A stretch of DNA of 64,000 nt from Asterias rubens. Its lineage: Eukaryota. The position numbers and the translations under genes are program-made. Within the stretch, counting starts at the first letter, position 1. Every line of letters starts with the position of its first letter. The notes under the pieces are model-generated. The model made no database searches. It worked only from the letters and a program-made list of their open reading frames with translations, and was not told the origin of the DNA. Location of the stretch: positions 806,001-870,000 of the forward strand of contig NC_047074.1 of NCBI RefSeq assembly GCF_902459465.1, read 5' to 3'. Below are positions 40,082 through 52,653 of this stretch, piece by piece.

Positions 40082-40459
40082 AGGCAAAGGACACTTTGGT
40101 AATTACTCAAAATAATAATTATTATTATAAGCATTTAGTAACGAGTACTGGGGAGCCGTTGACAGTATAAAACACTGTGAGAAACGGCTCCCTCTGGGTC
40201 TGAAGTGACGTAGTTTTCGACAAAGAAGTGTTTTCACGAATTTGGTTTCGAGACCTCAAAATTAGATTTTGAGGTCTCGAAATCGAGCATCTGAAAGCAC
40301 ATCTTCGTGTGACAATGGTGTTTTTTCTTTCGTTATTTTCTCGCAACTTCGACGACCGATTGAGCTCAAATGTTCACAGGTTTGTTATTTTATGCATATG
40401 TTGAGAGACACTAAGTGAAAAGACTGGTCTCTGACAGTTATCAATAGTGTCCAGTGTCT
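40082..40459 (+). mobile_element. Kolobok-type MITE, family K (full length)
   Basis: TTAA(40078-40081)-AGGCAAAGGACACTTTGGTAATTACTCAAAATA ... TCAATAGTGTCCAGTGTCT-TTAA(40460-40463); contains the internal GAGACCTCA/TGAGGTCTC hairpin. Confidence 0.85.
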
Positions 40460-42269
40460 TTAAATATACCTTTCTGGCTACTTAGTTACAATTTGTTTTT
40501 CAAGTGACATAACAATAGGAAAACAGACTCAAGTGAGAATTGTAATTATGCCTACGAAGAACAAGTTGCAACTGATGTCAAAATTGCTTTAATTATCAAG
40601 TAAGGGGATTTGCTTCTGACTTAAACTTCCCCCTAACCAGGGAATTGTTTCTTTATAGGCGCTTTGAAGTATTTCAGCAGAGACTTTTAAAATTTCAAAC
40701 ATTTCGCACAAATGGTGCTGTGCAAAATATCAAATATAAATAAAATAATATTTTATGAATATTTTATAAACTATGTAGACATTTTGACAGTCAGTAATTG
40801 CCATAAAACAACATGGTCAAAACCAAGTAAGCCGCGAAATAATTTATGAGACGAGTCTAGATAATAAAAGGTTTCCCATTGTTTGTTAAACAATGCAGCC
40901 ACGCCTCGTTAACCAAACGGATATTAAATTATCAGATTGTTTTCCCGTGGCTGATATGAATACCATTGTTGTTTGGAAAATGTAGCTCTCTGCGTGACTG
41001 CGTGCCATTGACACCCCCCCCCCCAAAAAAAAAAAAAACAGGTTGGTGACGAGTTAACAATGGTGATATACTGCCTATATATTATAAGCTTGGCGCTAAA
41101 ACATCGTTACTAATTAAAAAAGGAAAAGTGCACGTAACACTATGAACCCGTGGTCTTGTTTTCAAGGTGCTTATAGCTCGAACAAATGGCACTGCCCGTG
41201 TTACAATTACTGCCCACTTAAAAATGGCTGACGTAAGCCTATAGGTTCTATTGTTTACGTAGTTCACTGAAAATGCGCATTGCCGAGAACAATGGATTTA
41301 CCTGGTAAGTCTGCTGCCACCTAGCGTCCCAAAAGTCCCCCATTATGACCCTTTTCGAAACCACTGCTCAACGCTACCAAGTCCATATTTCGAAAACAGC
41401 CCATGTTTTAAGTTGTAAACATGGACACTAAAACTAAGTGACTGCATCAAAGAACACCCTGTACTTGTCTTTTGTAAAAAATTTGACATTAAAGTATGCC
41501 AAAGTATGCACAGAGTCTCGCTGCGCGCTTAGTCTCTTACAGTATACAAATGTTACAAAACCACAGTTCTATACTAGATTCATTTTCTCCATAAAACATA
41601 AATGGAACAGAGAAGAATAAAAACCCGTTTCCATTACATCTCCCCCGGGATTTAAACCCCATGTGACGAACGTGTTTTATTTATTATTCATTCTTACACA
41701 GCACTGTATGGACAAATGGAGTGCTACAGTTCACGTAAATACAGACTAAAAGGATTTGAGGCGCTCAAAATGTAGTTAATATTCTTGCGAGGAGTGGAGA
41801 AGAAGATGACAAAACGACCTAGTATGAGAAAAGAACGATTGCTAGACGCTTCATCGGTAAAACTCAAAGGAAGAAAAAACTGGCTGAAAACGGATAAGTG
41901 CTATATGGGAAGGACTCTGAGGTCCACTTACAAATGAAAACAATTGTAAGATTGTTTAAAGGGGGCAAGCGGCATCGGTTCTTTCTTTACAAACGAGAAC
42001 CTTTCAAATCACAAAATTGAAATCCAAGTTGTGGGTCTGCCTGACTGGAACCAAACGGACCATAACACTGACCATGACCCTAGGTCAGTTCTGTTACAAA
42101 ATGATAGTCTTTACAATCTCAAACGATCATACTTGACCCAAAGTCCAAGTTCAACGTCAAATCCGAGCCGGGGTCAAAACTAAGCTTACAAGAATAAAGT
42201 ATACTAGCCGAAAGACCGTCCACATGTAGAATTTGTGACTGGTATCCTGCTCATTTCTGGAAAAGCAGA

Positions 42270-42343
42270 AAAGCAGAAAGATGTTCAGCAATATTTTCTG
42301 CTTAGGCACTGCTTAGTAAGCAGCTCTATGAAATTGGGCCCTG
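42270..42343. mobile_element. One end of a MITE (GCAGCTCTATGAAATTGGGCCCTG)
   Basis: The same terminal motif recurs at about 52315-52357 (GCAGCTCTTTAAAATTGGGCCCTG). The partner end was not seen. Confidence 0.45.
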
Positions 42344-42398
42344 GTTCGTCAAAATGATCTGGTATCAAATAGAACAGAACACTAGCCCTATCCTAGCC

Positions 42399-42547
42399 CT
42401 GAGGTGGGTTTCACACAGAGTTAAGACAAGTCTTATCTGATCTACTCTTATGACGACTAACTTAGAACTAGCCGTGCGTTTTTAATATCGCCTAGGACTA
42501 GTCCTAAGTTAGAACTAGTCCTATCTCTTTGTGAATATCCACCCCTG
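42399..42547. mobile_element. Palindromic MITE, family M
   Basis: CTGAGGTGGGTTTCACACAGAG ... CTCTTTGTGAATATCCACCCCTG imperfect TIRs; internal CTAGGACTAGTCCTAAG palindromes. Confidence 0.7.
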
Positions 42548-45500
42548 GCTCTGGATGAGTTTGACTTATAATGGTTAAGGTAACTCAAACAATTGTCTTT
42601 CTCCTCTGCTAAATAAATTAAATAATTAAACATTTCAAATTTGGACTCCACGCCCCAACAATGTGATAAAGTTAAACAAAAGAACAAAAGCACCTTAAAA
42701 TAATCATAAAAGACACTCTCGTCGCTTCACAATAAAAAAATAATAAACCGTAAGATGTGTATAGAACACGAGTGAATGCATAGACAAAATAAACATACAG
42801 GAATAGAATACGGTATTTGTGTTTTCCCAATGGGTAGTCCTCAAGAATGTTATCAGAATATCATTTTTATTAACAACCAAAATATTAAACAAACATGTAA
42901 TTATCATTGGAGAGCCGTTGCTTTGACATTTATGGCTCATGTAAGTCAACAAATAAATACCTGGCTACAGTTTGTATACGAGCTGAGTAATAACACATGA
43001 TAACTGGTGTTCATAAACCCACCTACGCAGCGTGACATGAGGTGTTGTTTGTTATTACAATTAAGCGAGTGTCGTGGGTCCGGGGCAATCTACGAAATGA
43101 GCCGGCGACCGTTGACGTTCAAGTAAAAACCTGCCGTGTTTCTTCCGCGATGAACGGCCGGTCACTACTGGTGTGCTTTACCACCCGGGACCAATTCATT
43201 AGCAAGCCTAGGTTTATGTCTTTCCCCCTGTTCTTGTATACCTTGATTATTAAACATGAAGACAGCATGTCGAGGGAGGATTGGTAAACCATAATTACAG
43301 ACGTAAAACACGACCGGAGATCTGAAGCCAAATGACGGGGTAGATTTCGCTCCGTGATTGCGATCGCTCGTCGCTCTTCCCCGGGGAGCATGCTAGATCG
43401 AGATCGTATACAGTTTTTATTGTGGATCCAATTTCAGGGTTTTTGTATTTAGACATGCATTAGACTCGGGTGCATGCTTTTATATCAAAAGCGACTACGC
43501 TTATGTTGATTTGAGGTCTCTATAATGTGTCGTGTAGTATTTTTGAAGAGGTTAATTGTTGTATTTATATCGAAGGGCTGTGGATTGACTATTAGAATTG
43601 GTGCAAGCCAATCTGAAATGTGAAGCCCTGGTCATAGATAGCACTGACGATTTGAGAATGGTCATATTTATCTAATTGAGATATAAATAAAACATTCTTT
43701 GGTTTTAAACCCAGATTTTTTAAAGGAAACTTCTCAGTGTTCTCAACATTTGAACCAATGTTGACGAGCCATAAAAGGACTTAAAATAAACATTTGTTGT
43801 TAATGTTTAAACAATATCTCCTTATTAATGAGTGCACAGAGTCAATTTGTCATTGAGAAAAATTCATGGTCGGTCATTTTTATAAACCACATACAAAAAT
43901 ACTAAAGACTTTCATGCCTAATGCAGGGTCCCTTTTAAAATTCCTATATCCATCCGAAACAGTTAGTACATTAAACCTCTGAGACCTGGTAATTATATAA
44001 AAAAAAGTCATGAATATATTCCATTCTGTTTAGAAGATATATTCGAGAGATCCGATTATTATCAATAGCAATATCAAAGTTAGGCTGGTATAATTTCTTT
44101 CAAACTACACGCGTCATACTACCGGCAAAATGTCAATTTTGTTTTTTTTGTTCTCTAGAAAACATAAAGAAAAAAGTTTATAAAAAGCTCGTGTAGGCTG
44201 TTTGGCTTGTGTGTTTGAAAACTAGAGGTTTTGAACAAGAATATACTTTAGTAACTGTCTGAAAACGATATTGGATCATGTCATTAAAATCCTGTAGCAT
44301 TTTTAAGGAAAGTTTCCTCGTCAAATTATTGATTGTTTTTATAATAAAGGAAGACGACGTACCCCTTTAAAGTGCAAATACTTTTTAACGGTTGGTTAAC
44401 TTAAGATTTTTTGTCTATTTGGTAGTTCTTAAAAATTAAGTCATACAGACGACAAATCACACCCATCAATTCCCGCCAAAATTTGAGCGGGAAGTCACGC
44501 ATTCTGCACATTACAGTCGCTCGACAAACTGCCTGTCACACTCGTCCCCACGGTGGCCCTTCCCCGCCTTTGTTTCACGGGCGTGTCTCTAAATCTGCAC
44601 TCCTAATAAAAACGAGGATTTCATGTGGAATTCATTTCGGTTTTCCACTGTCAGGGACCCTAAAACGTGTGCCCAAACAATGGAACAGGGATTTATATTT
44701 TTGTGTGGGGGAGGCTAGCAAAAAATGGTCCTCTCTCTGCATGTTGCCATGGCAACGTTTAACCAGTTTGAAAAGAAAATTCGTGGTTTGGTATCTTCCA
44801 AAATGCTTTCTGTTTCGGAAGTTTGTTCAGACGGCTTTTTGAAGCGTACACGGGGTGGTTTTGCCGCCAAATACATGGCCCAATTCTTCCTAGAAGTGTG
44901 ACGTAAACGGGGCTTAAAATCAGAACAAAGAGTTCTCAAGGGAGTTTTTTAGAGAGATTGAAAAGTTTACATTTTATTTTCGAATTCAACCAGTTGTGCT
45001 TTATTTGCTTGTTAATATTTCATAATGTAACTTTCATAATTGTTCTGTGTTCCCATTGAGATTTTTTTCTAAAAGATTAAACAACGGCCAGTTTTATTTA
45101 TACTACTCATTCAATCAGAACAAAAGACCACCATACCTCTATTATGTAACTAGACTTTAGATTAACAATACCGACATAAAACAGTCGCTATTAATTTCAT
45201 TCATCTCTGTTTAACTTCTTATTTATTTAAGACGTAATCTATTTCATTTGTTTCCCCCAAAGTGGAAACATTGAAGGTCTAAAGAGTAGACGAACGTGAG
45301 TTTGCTGTGGTACGACTAATAATGATAAAACACTACGACTGCACGTACTATGACCAACCCGGGCGAACAAAATGAAAAAAAGTCAACAAATTGGAGCCAT
45401 AACTGTCGTGGTCAGACTATGATATGTACACTGGAGAGTCTACTCAGTTTGTCTGCACAATCTAAAGGGGCAAGGTGGCGCTTTCTGAACATGCTCCTCC

Positions 45501-46110
45501 TTTTGTTGTGTAAATATGGTTTAAATTAATTAAATTACTTCTAATTCTGCTGACCCTAACAGCTACATCCACTGAGAATCGTCCCCTTTCTAAGCAACGT
45601 TTGTTCAATTTGTGTTTACTTACGATTCTGTTTACTGCGCCGAGCGGTAAAATGGTGTTAACATGTAACAGTTAACATCAGTCAACTTCACTTGATGTAG
45701 GACTATTGTGACACTAGGTGGCAGTATTATGTCACATATCCCCCGCCCCCCCCCCCCCTCAATCGAGCCAGTAATTTCACTCATTAAAATAACTAGAATG
45801 TCATTACAAAACCCATTGTTTTACGCACATTATGTGAAAAGACCATTGCCTCGAAAAGAACAGCTGATTGATTTTTATCTCAATATTATTCCAACTACAG
45901 AGTGCTCTATAGTTATTCACTGAGTGACACTTGTACTGCATAAAAAATGAAATGAGTTATGGAATTTGTAATAATATAGTAATTTTGACTTGGTTGCACT
46001 ATTTTTTGTTTATTTTTCTGTCAGAAATCAGGTGAAAACAGCTACTGTGATAAGAAGAAACTATGAACAATAGTGAACTTGTGGGTACAACCATGTGTAA
46101 ATCTCTTAGG

Positions 46111-47160
46111 GTGAGTGTTGGCTCTGAAAAGAGCCGGTTGGGTCTCGACGTTTCGAACAGTATACTTTGCTCGTCTTCAGGAGAGCAGAGTGTTGGCTCT
46201 GAAAAGAGCCGGTTGGGTCTCGACGTTTCGAACAGTATACTTTGCTCGTCTTCAGGAGAGCAGAGTGTTGGCTCTGAAAAGAGCCGGTTGGGTCTCGACG
46301 TTTCGAACAGTATACTTTGCTCGTCTTCAGGAGAGCAGAGTGTTGGCTCTGAAAAGAGCCGGTGTGGTCTCGACGTTTCGAATAGGATACTCTGCTCGTC
46401 TTCAGGAGAGCAGAGTGTTGGCTCTGAAAAGAGCCGGTGTGGTCTCGACGTTTCGAATAGGATACTCTGCTCGTCTTCAGGAGAGCAGAGTGTTGGCTCT
46501 GAAAAGAGCCGGTTGGGTCTCGACGTTTCGAATAGGATACTCTGCTCGTCTTCAGGAGAGCAGAGTGTTGGCTCTGAAAAGAGCCGGTGTGGTCTCGACG
46601 TTTCGAATAGGATACTCTGCTCGTCTTCAGGAGAGCAGAGTGTTGGCTCTGAAAAGAGCCGGTTGGGTCTCGACGTTTCGAATAGGATACTCTGCTCGTC
46701 TTCAGGAGAGCAGAGTGTTGGCTCTGAAAAGAGCCGGTTGGGTCTCGACGTTTCGAACAGTATACTTTGCTCGTCTTCAGGAGAGCAGAGTGTTGGCTCT
46801 GAAAAGAGCCGGTTGGGTCTCGACGTTTCGAACAGTATACTTTGCTCGTCTTCAGGAGAGCAGAGTGTTGGCTCTGAAAAGAGCCGGTTGGGTCTCGACG
46901 TTTCGAACAGTATACTTTGCTCGTCTTCAGGAGAGCAGAGTGTTGGCTCTGAAAAGAGCCGGTTGGGTCTCGACGTTTCGAACAGTATACTTTGCTCGTC
47001 TTCAGGAGAGCAGAGTGTTGGCTCTGAAAAGAGCCGGTTGGGTCTCGACGTTTCGAACAGTATACTTTGCTCGTCTTCAGGAGAGCAGAGTGTTGGCTCT
47101 GAAAAGAGCCGGTTGGGTCTCGACGTTTCGAACAGTATACTTTGCTCGTCTTCAGGATAT
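46111..47160. repeat. Tandem array, 14 x 75 bp
   Basis: Unit CAGAGTGTTGGCTCTGAAAAGAGCCGGTTGGGTCTCGACGTTTCGAACAGTATACTTTGCTCGTCTTCAGGAGAG starting at 46111+75k (k=0-13); three sequence variants. Confidence 0.98.
46143..47159 (-). ncRNA. 14 tandem minimal type I hammerhead ribozyme motifs (first at 46143-46184, then every 75 nt)
   Basis: Minus strand: stem I 5' UCUC; core CUGAAGA; extra C; stem II GAGCA(AAGUAUAC)UGUUC; GAAA; palindromic ACGU stem III; cleavage triplet GUC; stem I 3' GAGA. All invariant core nucleotides are present in all 14 units. In the unit at 47086-47160 the 5' stem I strand is UAUC and pairs less well. Confidence 0.8.
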
Positions 47161-49397
47161 CTCCAGAGTATACTGTTCGAAACGTCGATACCCAATCGGC
47201 TCTTTTCAGAGCCAACACTCACCTTAAGAGATTTACACATGGTTGTATCCGCAAGTTTACTATTTATTCATAGTTTATTCTTATTTCTCCACACCATGCA
47301 AAGCTTCAAACAATACTTAGCTACTCTGATGGTGCATGTGTTAACAACGAAGAAAGCTCGCTGAATGCTAAAATCGTTTCTAACTCTGAGAATTGGGTGC
47401 AGCATGGGTGCAGTAACAACTTCAGTTATCAGAATGTATTTATTCATCTATATAATTTTACATAATTATTTTAAATTCCAGATTTCTAACGTTTCGTTAT
47501 TTTTTTATCAAGTTGATTGTTTTATAATCAATTCAATCGCATTTTTGTCCGCCAAGTAACATTTTGTAGAACTGACTGGATTTATGTCAGGGAGGAAACA
47601 AAGACAATATTCTGATGAACACCACATACAAACAGAAATAAATAATATTGCGTTATCAATCCAAAAGTTATAGCTTTCTAAATTTAGGAGAGAAAAAAAT
47701 CGGCGTCCCAAAGCCAAGACTCCGAGGTTTCACCACGGTTCGAGAGAGCCTCAGACGGCGCTGTAGCCTTGAACTCCCTCACAACCAAACAATGACGACC
47801 CGCTGCGTCCGAACAATACCGGAGAGAAAAAAAGATGTCCGGGAAAATATCAAGCCTTCTACTCTCATTTAAATCACAAAGACATAAATATATCCCTTCG
47901 ACTGCTTGAATTTCCATTCTCTTTGGTCATTTACCTGTACTCAGCATCTGTACGTAACTGAATTCCGAACGAAAATGTATTGGTCATGGCTTGCAATACA
48001 ATGCTACGAAATTAAACAAGGAGAGGTCCTGAGCCGACAAAGGATCACGCAAATAAAACTATAAGATACAAAATAGATTAACAACGATGCTTGACTAACT
48101 TTCACCAGACATTTTTTGTGATGAGTAGGTTTTGATCAATTTGATTTAAAGCTTTGAGTCTATTCTTCTTTTATGTCATGCGAGAGGGAACATGTAAATT
48201 TATTTTCTTTCATACTTCTCGCAGGTTAATTTTGTATGCGTTAGAGGAAAGTAACGCATTGACAAGCTTGTGAAATTATTGTTATAGTTGAGTGAAGTCC
48301 AATGGGAACCTTTGGCTTTCGCCCCGAATTTTTTATATTTTTCTGATCTCGACCATAAAGTAAAATCGTTTTCTCCTCATGCACGACCTTTGCTTTCAAT
48401 AAAGAATATGACTAGATCTAACATTGTGAGGGTATTTGTAAACTGTTAATGTGACGTACATAATTGGCTGTGTGTAGAGTTTTTTTTTTTAGCAATCACC
48501 TAGTTTTCATTTTAAACATTCCTAATCTGTGACCATTTTATTTAATTAGATGGTCAGATGCAAGAAGCCGTATTGAGAAAGTGTGACAATTTGCGACAAG
48601 AAGCCACAGCTCGTCGATTCAAAAGTAATTTTTTAAAAACTTACAGAAAGCGCACGTGCGTAAACAGGGTACCAGACCATAGACTGCACATTATTTTGGT
48701 TATACTGTATAATTATTTGGGTGAGTCAGACACCCTTGAACATGGCAGTATTTTAGACAAACTGGAACTTCTCAATGACAATTATTGATACAGGGAACCT
48801 CTACGAAAAACTGCAAAAAATTACTCACAATTTCTTTCTTTGCAATCACAATTTAAACATTATACGTGTATTTACGGTGATAAAATGAAAAATCGGGAAT
48901 GTATTACTTTCCAAATCTTCAACTCCACTACCCCACGTCTCATTTTCTTTTGAATTGAAAGTCTTAACATATCACAGTCCGCAATATTATAGGAAGTAAC
49001 AGATAAAGTCTTTCACGGTAGGGACAAAAGTAGTAGTAGAATTGCAAACACAAGAGGTCGCTGGTCATCTCCCACTAAGAAAAACATTGAAGCTGGTCTC
49101 GATATCATACTAGTTTAACATCAATGACTAAATTTAGAGGATTCTTTTGAAATCTATCACTTGATTAATCGAAGCCAGGGATTTCCTGTTCTTTTAAATC
49201 GGACGCAAAAACAATTTAGGTGAAACTAGGACCTGTGCTATAATGTCACATTCTATATTCATCTTGAACGAGAAAAATCACCGATACAATATTGATGCAT
49301 ACAGCCTGGCGGCGTTTCAACACAAAAAGACATAATATCTCGGAAGACTGGACAATAATTAGACATCGCTCTAGCGCCCTCACACAACTCATGAACA

Positions 49398-49627
49398 ATT
49401 TCAACCACAAGGAGGCGCTAGTCATTCTGTGACTGAAGACTGAACAAAAATAATATTTAGAAACAAATTTGACAATATTTTTCCCAAAACCACCGTGGAC
49501 CATTTCAACCACATGGGGGCGCTAGTCATTATGTTTCAACTTTGACTGGTGAAGACTGAAAATAGGTCAGTTTTGCTAAGAAACAATTTTGACATTATTT
49601 TTTTCCCAAAAAACACCGTGTGATCTT
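49398..49627. repeat. Diverged tandem duplication, each copy with a CTCF-like motif
   Basis: ATTTCAACCACA(A/T)GG(A/G)GGCGCTAGTCATT...GAAGACTGAA...AGAAACAA.TTTGACA...TTTTCCCAAAA.CACCGTG starts at 49398 and again at 49502. Confidence 0.7.
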
Positions 49628-50858
49628 TCTCTATTACAGGTGCCTTGTGAAAGCATGATTTCTCCAACCGGGTTAGAACTGATAAAATAACACAGTTTTT
49701 GCGCCAGTTTGAAGGTAAACGCACTATGGAAATAAGCCAGTGGTGATGACGTCATTCCGAAAAGGTTATTACAAACTGGTTAACTCAGCCCGCCGTTTAA
49801 CGACACGAACTTGGAAAGTGCATGTTTTAATCATGTAGCCGACATAATTACAGCGTCTGGTCTGACCGTCTGGGTGATGGTACAGTACCCGGGCATTTTG
49901 CACCTGCCGGCCCGGCGAACTTACGGCGTGGATGGAGGGTGAATAACCCCACGAGCTACATGCTACAGGAGCACAACCTTATTAATGAACAAAATGTGTT
50001 ACTTTATTACAAACTCCCATCATTACATGTATGATCTGAAATTTCTTCTATAGTATTATTACACATCATTAATTATACATGTTAATTGATTTTGGGTGTC
50101 CAATTAGTCTATTCCTTTGGTTTTCAAAACTCACATGATAAGCTAGACAACATTAATATTAACTGATCACTAATTTGTTTTGGGTGGGCATGTTGTTCGA
50201 GGAATTTTTGTTTAAATAGTTTGACTTTCATCACATTCTAAGTCTATTGTAATTTTCTTAATAAAACAACTCAATGTTGGTGGGGAAATTTTTCAGCCAG
50301 GATCAAAACCTCTAAGTACAATAAATAAATACAATTTTTGAAAACATATATGCAAAAGAAAACATATTATTTTGTAGTGCCTTAAAAATAAAAACACAGA
50401 TTAGACCCCGCAGCTATCTGCTTGTACGATGACTTGTTTGTCTTTTCTAGCCTCAAATAAATGTACCTCCTTTTAAACAATGATGCCATTAAGCTGGCTC
50501 ATACCGTAACACCAGTAACCTTTCACACAAAGTCAACTAATTTTGGCATAAATATTACTGTAAAGTATTAAATGTGTGCTCACATGTAACACCACAACTC
50601 ACAGTATTGTGGACTGTGTGGAAGAGTGTGTCAACCAAAATTAAAGTGCAGAACAATTTCAACAAAACTGTTCTTTTCATTGTTTTCATCAATAATTATT
50701 ATTTAATTATTCCTAAAAATAATATATATATATATTTTCAAAGAAAGGGGCAAGAATGAAATGAAATTATTTTCATGGGCGCTGTTCATACATATTGGGA
50801 CATGCAATGGCTAGTGGGTCCATCTATAACACTGTACAAAATATCGGCACTTTACCTG

Positions 50859-50989
50859 GCAGCTAGGGTGACAGGTAAAGTGTCGTAAATTTCACACGGT
50901 GATAGTTTTGTAATAATTGTGCTTTGAAGGGGTAGTTTACAAAACTTCCACCATGACATTTACGACACTTTACCTGGCACCCTAGCTGC
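50859..50989. mobile_element. 131-bp MITE with 32-bp TIRs
   Basis: GCAGCTAGGGTGACAGGTAAAGTGTCGTAAAT (50859-50890) vs ATTTACGACACTTTACCTGGCACCCTAGCTGC (50958-50989), 1 mismatch. An extra CACTTTACCTGGCA motif lies immediately to the left. Confidence 0.8.
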
Positions 50990-52653
50990 TATTATTTCAT
51001 GGATATTTTTTCAGTGTCTAAGAAATTTAAGATGCAGAAAACAAAGCGCTTCTGCATCCCTCTTATCCAATGATGACAAAGGGTTTTATTGCTCATTCCA
51101 CAAATAATACCAAGAACGTCAATATTAATGCACCTTTTTTTGTCACGACCCCCATTCACATTGGAATGTAGAAGAGCATTTCCCTTTGGACTGGGGTATG
51201 GGTCGGTGTGTACTGACCTCCAAATTGCCATTGTCAGAAACTTCAACTTGTAGCCTACATTTTGATCTCAATATCATTGGATATCAATTTCATGCCAGAA
51301 GCAATTACAAGAAGATACCACTTTCGCTAGTCATTTAAATTAACTTAATTTTAGAGTGTAAGAACACCGACTATTGGTTTAGTGAATTCCTACCAGCTTC
51401 TGCACAAGCTAAGATAAGAGGTTTGTGTTGGAGGCGGCCCAAACGTGTACATTCGTTAGAGTATTAGGTATACATGACGAACTCAAAATGGTGACCAAAC
51501 GAACTCAAAATTAACACCATTTTTGCTCATTGAAACAAAAGCTACATACATTTTCAACATGCCCTACATGTTCAGTCGATAATATAGAACATAATTATGC
51601 TTACATTTTACGTCAAAAGCTGCAGAGAAGTCCATTTCCATCTTGTTTCACTCATTTTGGGCGGGAGAGTGTGTCCGACACAAATCTGAATTCGTCCAAA
51701 GTTTTGCATGACTCGTGGGGGCGCTATTTACTGTCGCGGTACGGGTACCCTCTGTCACTTTTATAATTCGCAGCCGAAAACATCGCCTTGAATGTTTGTC
51801 TGTGAGCCAGTTTTGTGCGCTGCGTTCTATGGCCCAATTTGGTTGAGGTTTGTCTGCTTGTAAAACTAGTTTATTTTGTGTGAAATGTATCGTTTTCATA
51901 CGAATAAATTACAAAATTACATCGTCAACCTTCTCATCGAGTTAAATGAAACCATTATTCACAGTCAGACAGTCACGATGTCACATGTGAACTTACTACT
52001 GTTGTCAGTCGCAAATCAAAGTTACGTGTGAAAAGCCCCCCCCCCCCCCAAATCATAGTATAAGGGTAATGAAGCACACTCTTTGCAAATTATTATCATT
52101 CTTTTGGTATTTAAAGACTCTTTAAATTATCATTCTTCAAAGACTCAACAAAATTGTCAAACAAAAAGAAGCTGTACCATCACAGTGCGGTAGTGCTGCT
52201 CGCGGGTATACAACCGTTCATGTTAAATAGCGCCCTCTTTTGTCCATTAACTTATTTTCTGCAGGGTACAATGGTATTTTAGTTGGTAACCTTATTCTGG
52301 GAAGCATAAACGCTGTTGTGCTAAGCAACTTTTATGCAGCTCTTTAAAATTGGGCCCTGTTACTCTTGGGGTGGGGGACAGGTCTAAGCATAAAATATAA
52401 GGAGAAAACATTCATTGCTATTTTTTTTACTGCCAGAAAAAAATTTACTTTGAGCAAGCGTTATTCTTGACCGATGGTAACTTGAACATCATTGCAATAA
52501 TTTGGGTGCAATTTCTTCCTCCATGGGTAATCTATGGGGCTAATTTGAGGGGGGGGGGGGGGCGTAGAAAGCAATTGAAAAACTGCTTCCCAAGGTCACT
52601 TACCACATTTTTGGTCTCTTGTCCAATGTCTGTCCAACCAAGCGATATAGCTC

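Larger units (their letters stand above)
46050..47284. mobile_element. Foldback locus of a non-autonomous Penelope-like/retrozyme-type element: inverted arms enclosing a hammerhead array
   Basis: 46050-46170 is the near-perfect reverse complement of 47164-47284 (about 120 bp, few mismatches). The 14 x 75-bp array runs from within the left arm to 47160. No TSD seen. Confidence 0.8.

Noticed and set aside
46111-47160. CRISPR-like array
   Set aside because: Units are contiguous near-identical 75-mers with no unique spacers, no cas genes, and a eukaryotic context.
45999-47364. Four long ORFs (370-433 aa) on both strands over the 75-bp array
   Set aside because: The unit length is a multiple of 3 and happens to lack stops in four frames. 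The peptides are pure 25-aa repeats with no domain. The structured-RNA explanation fits better.
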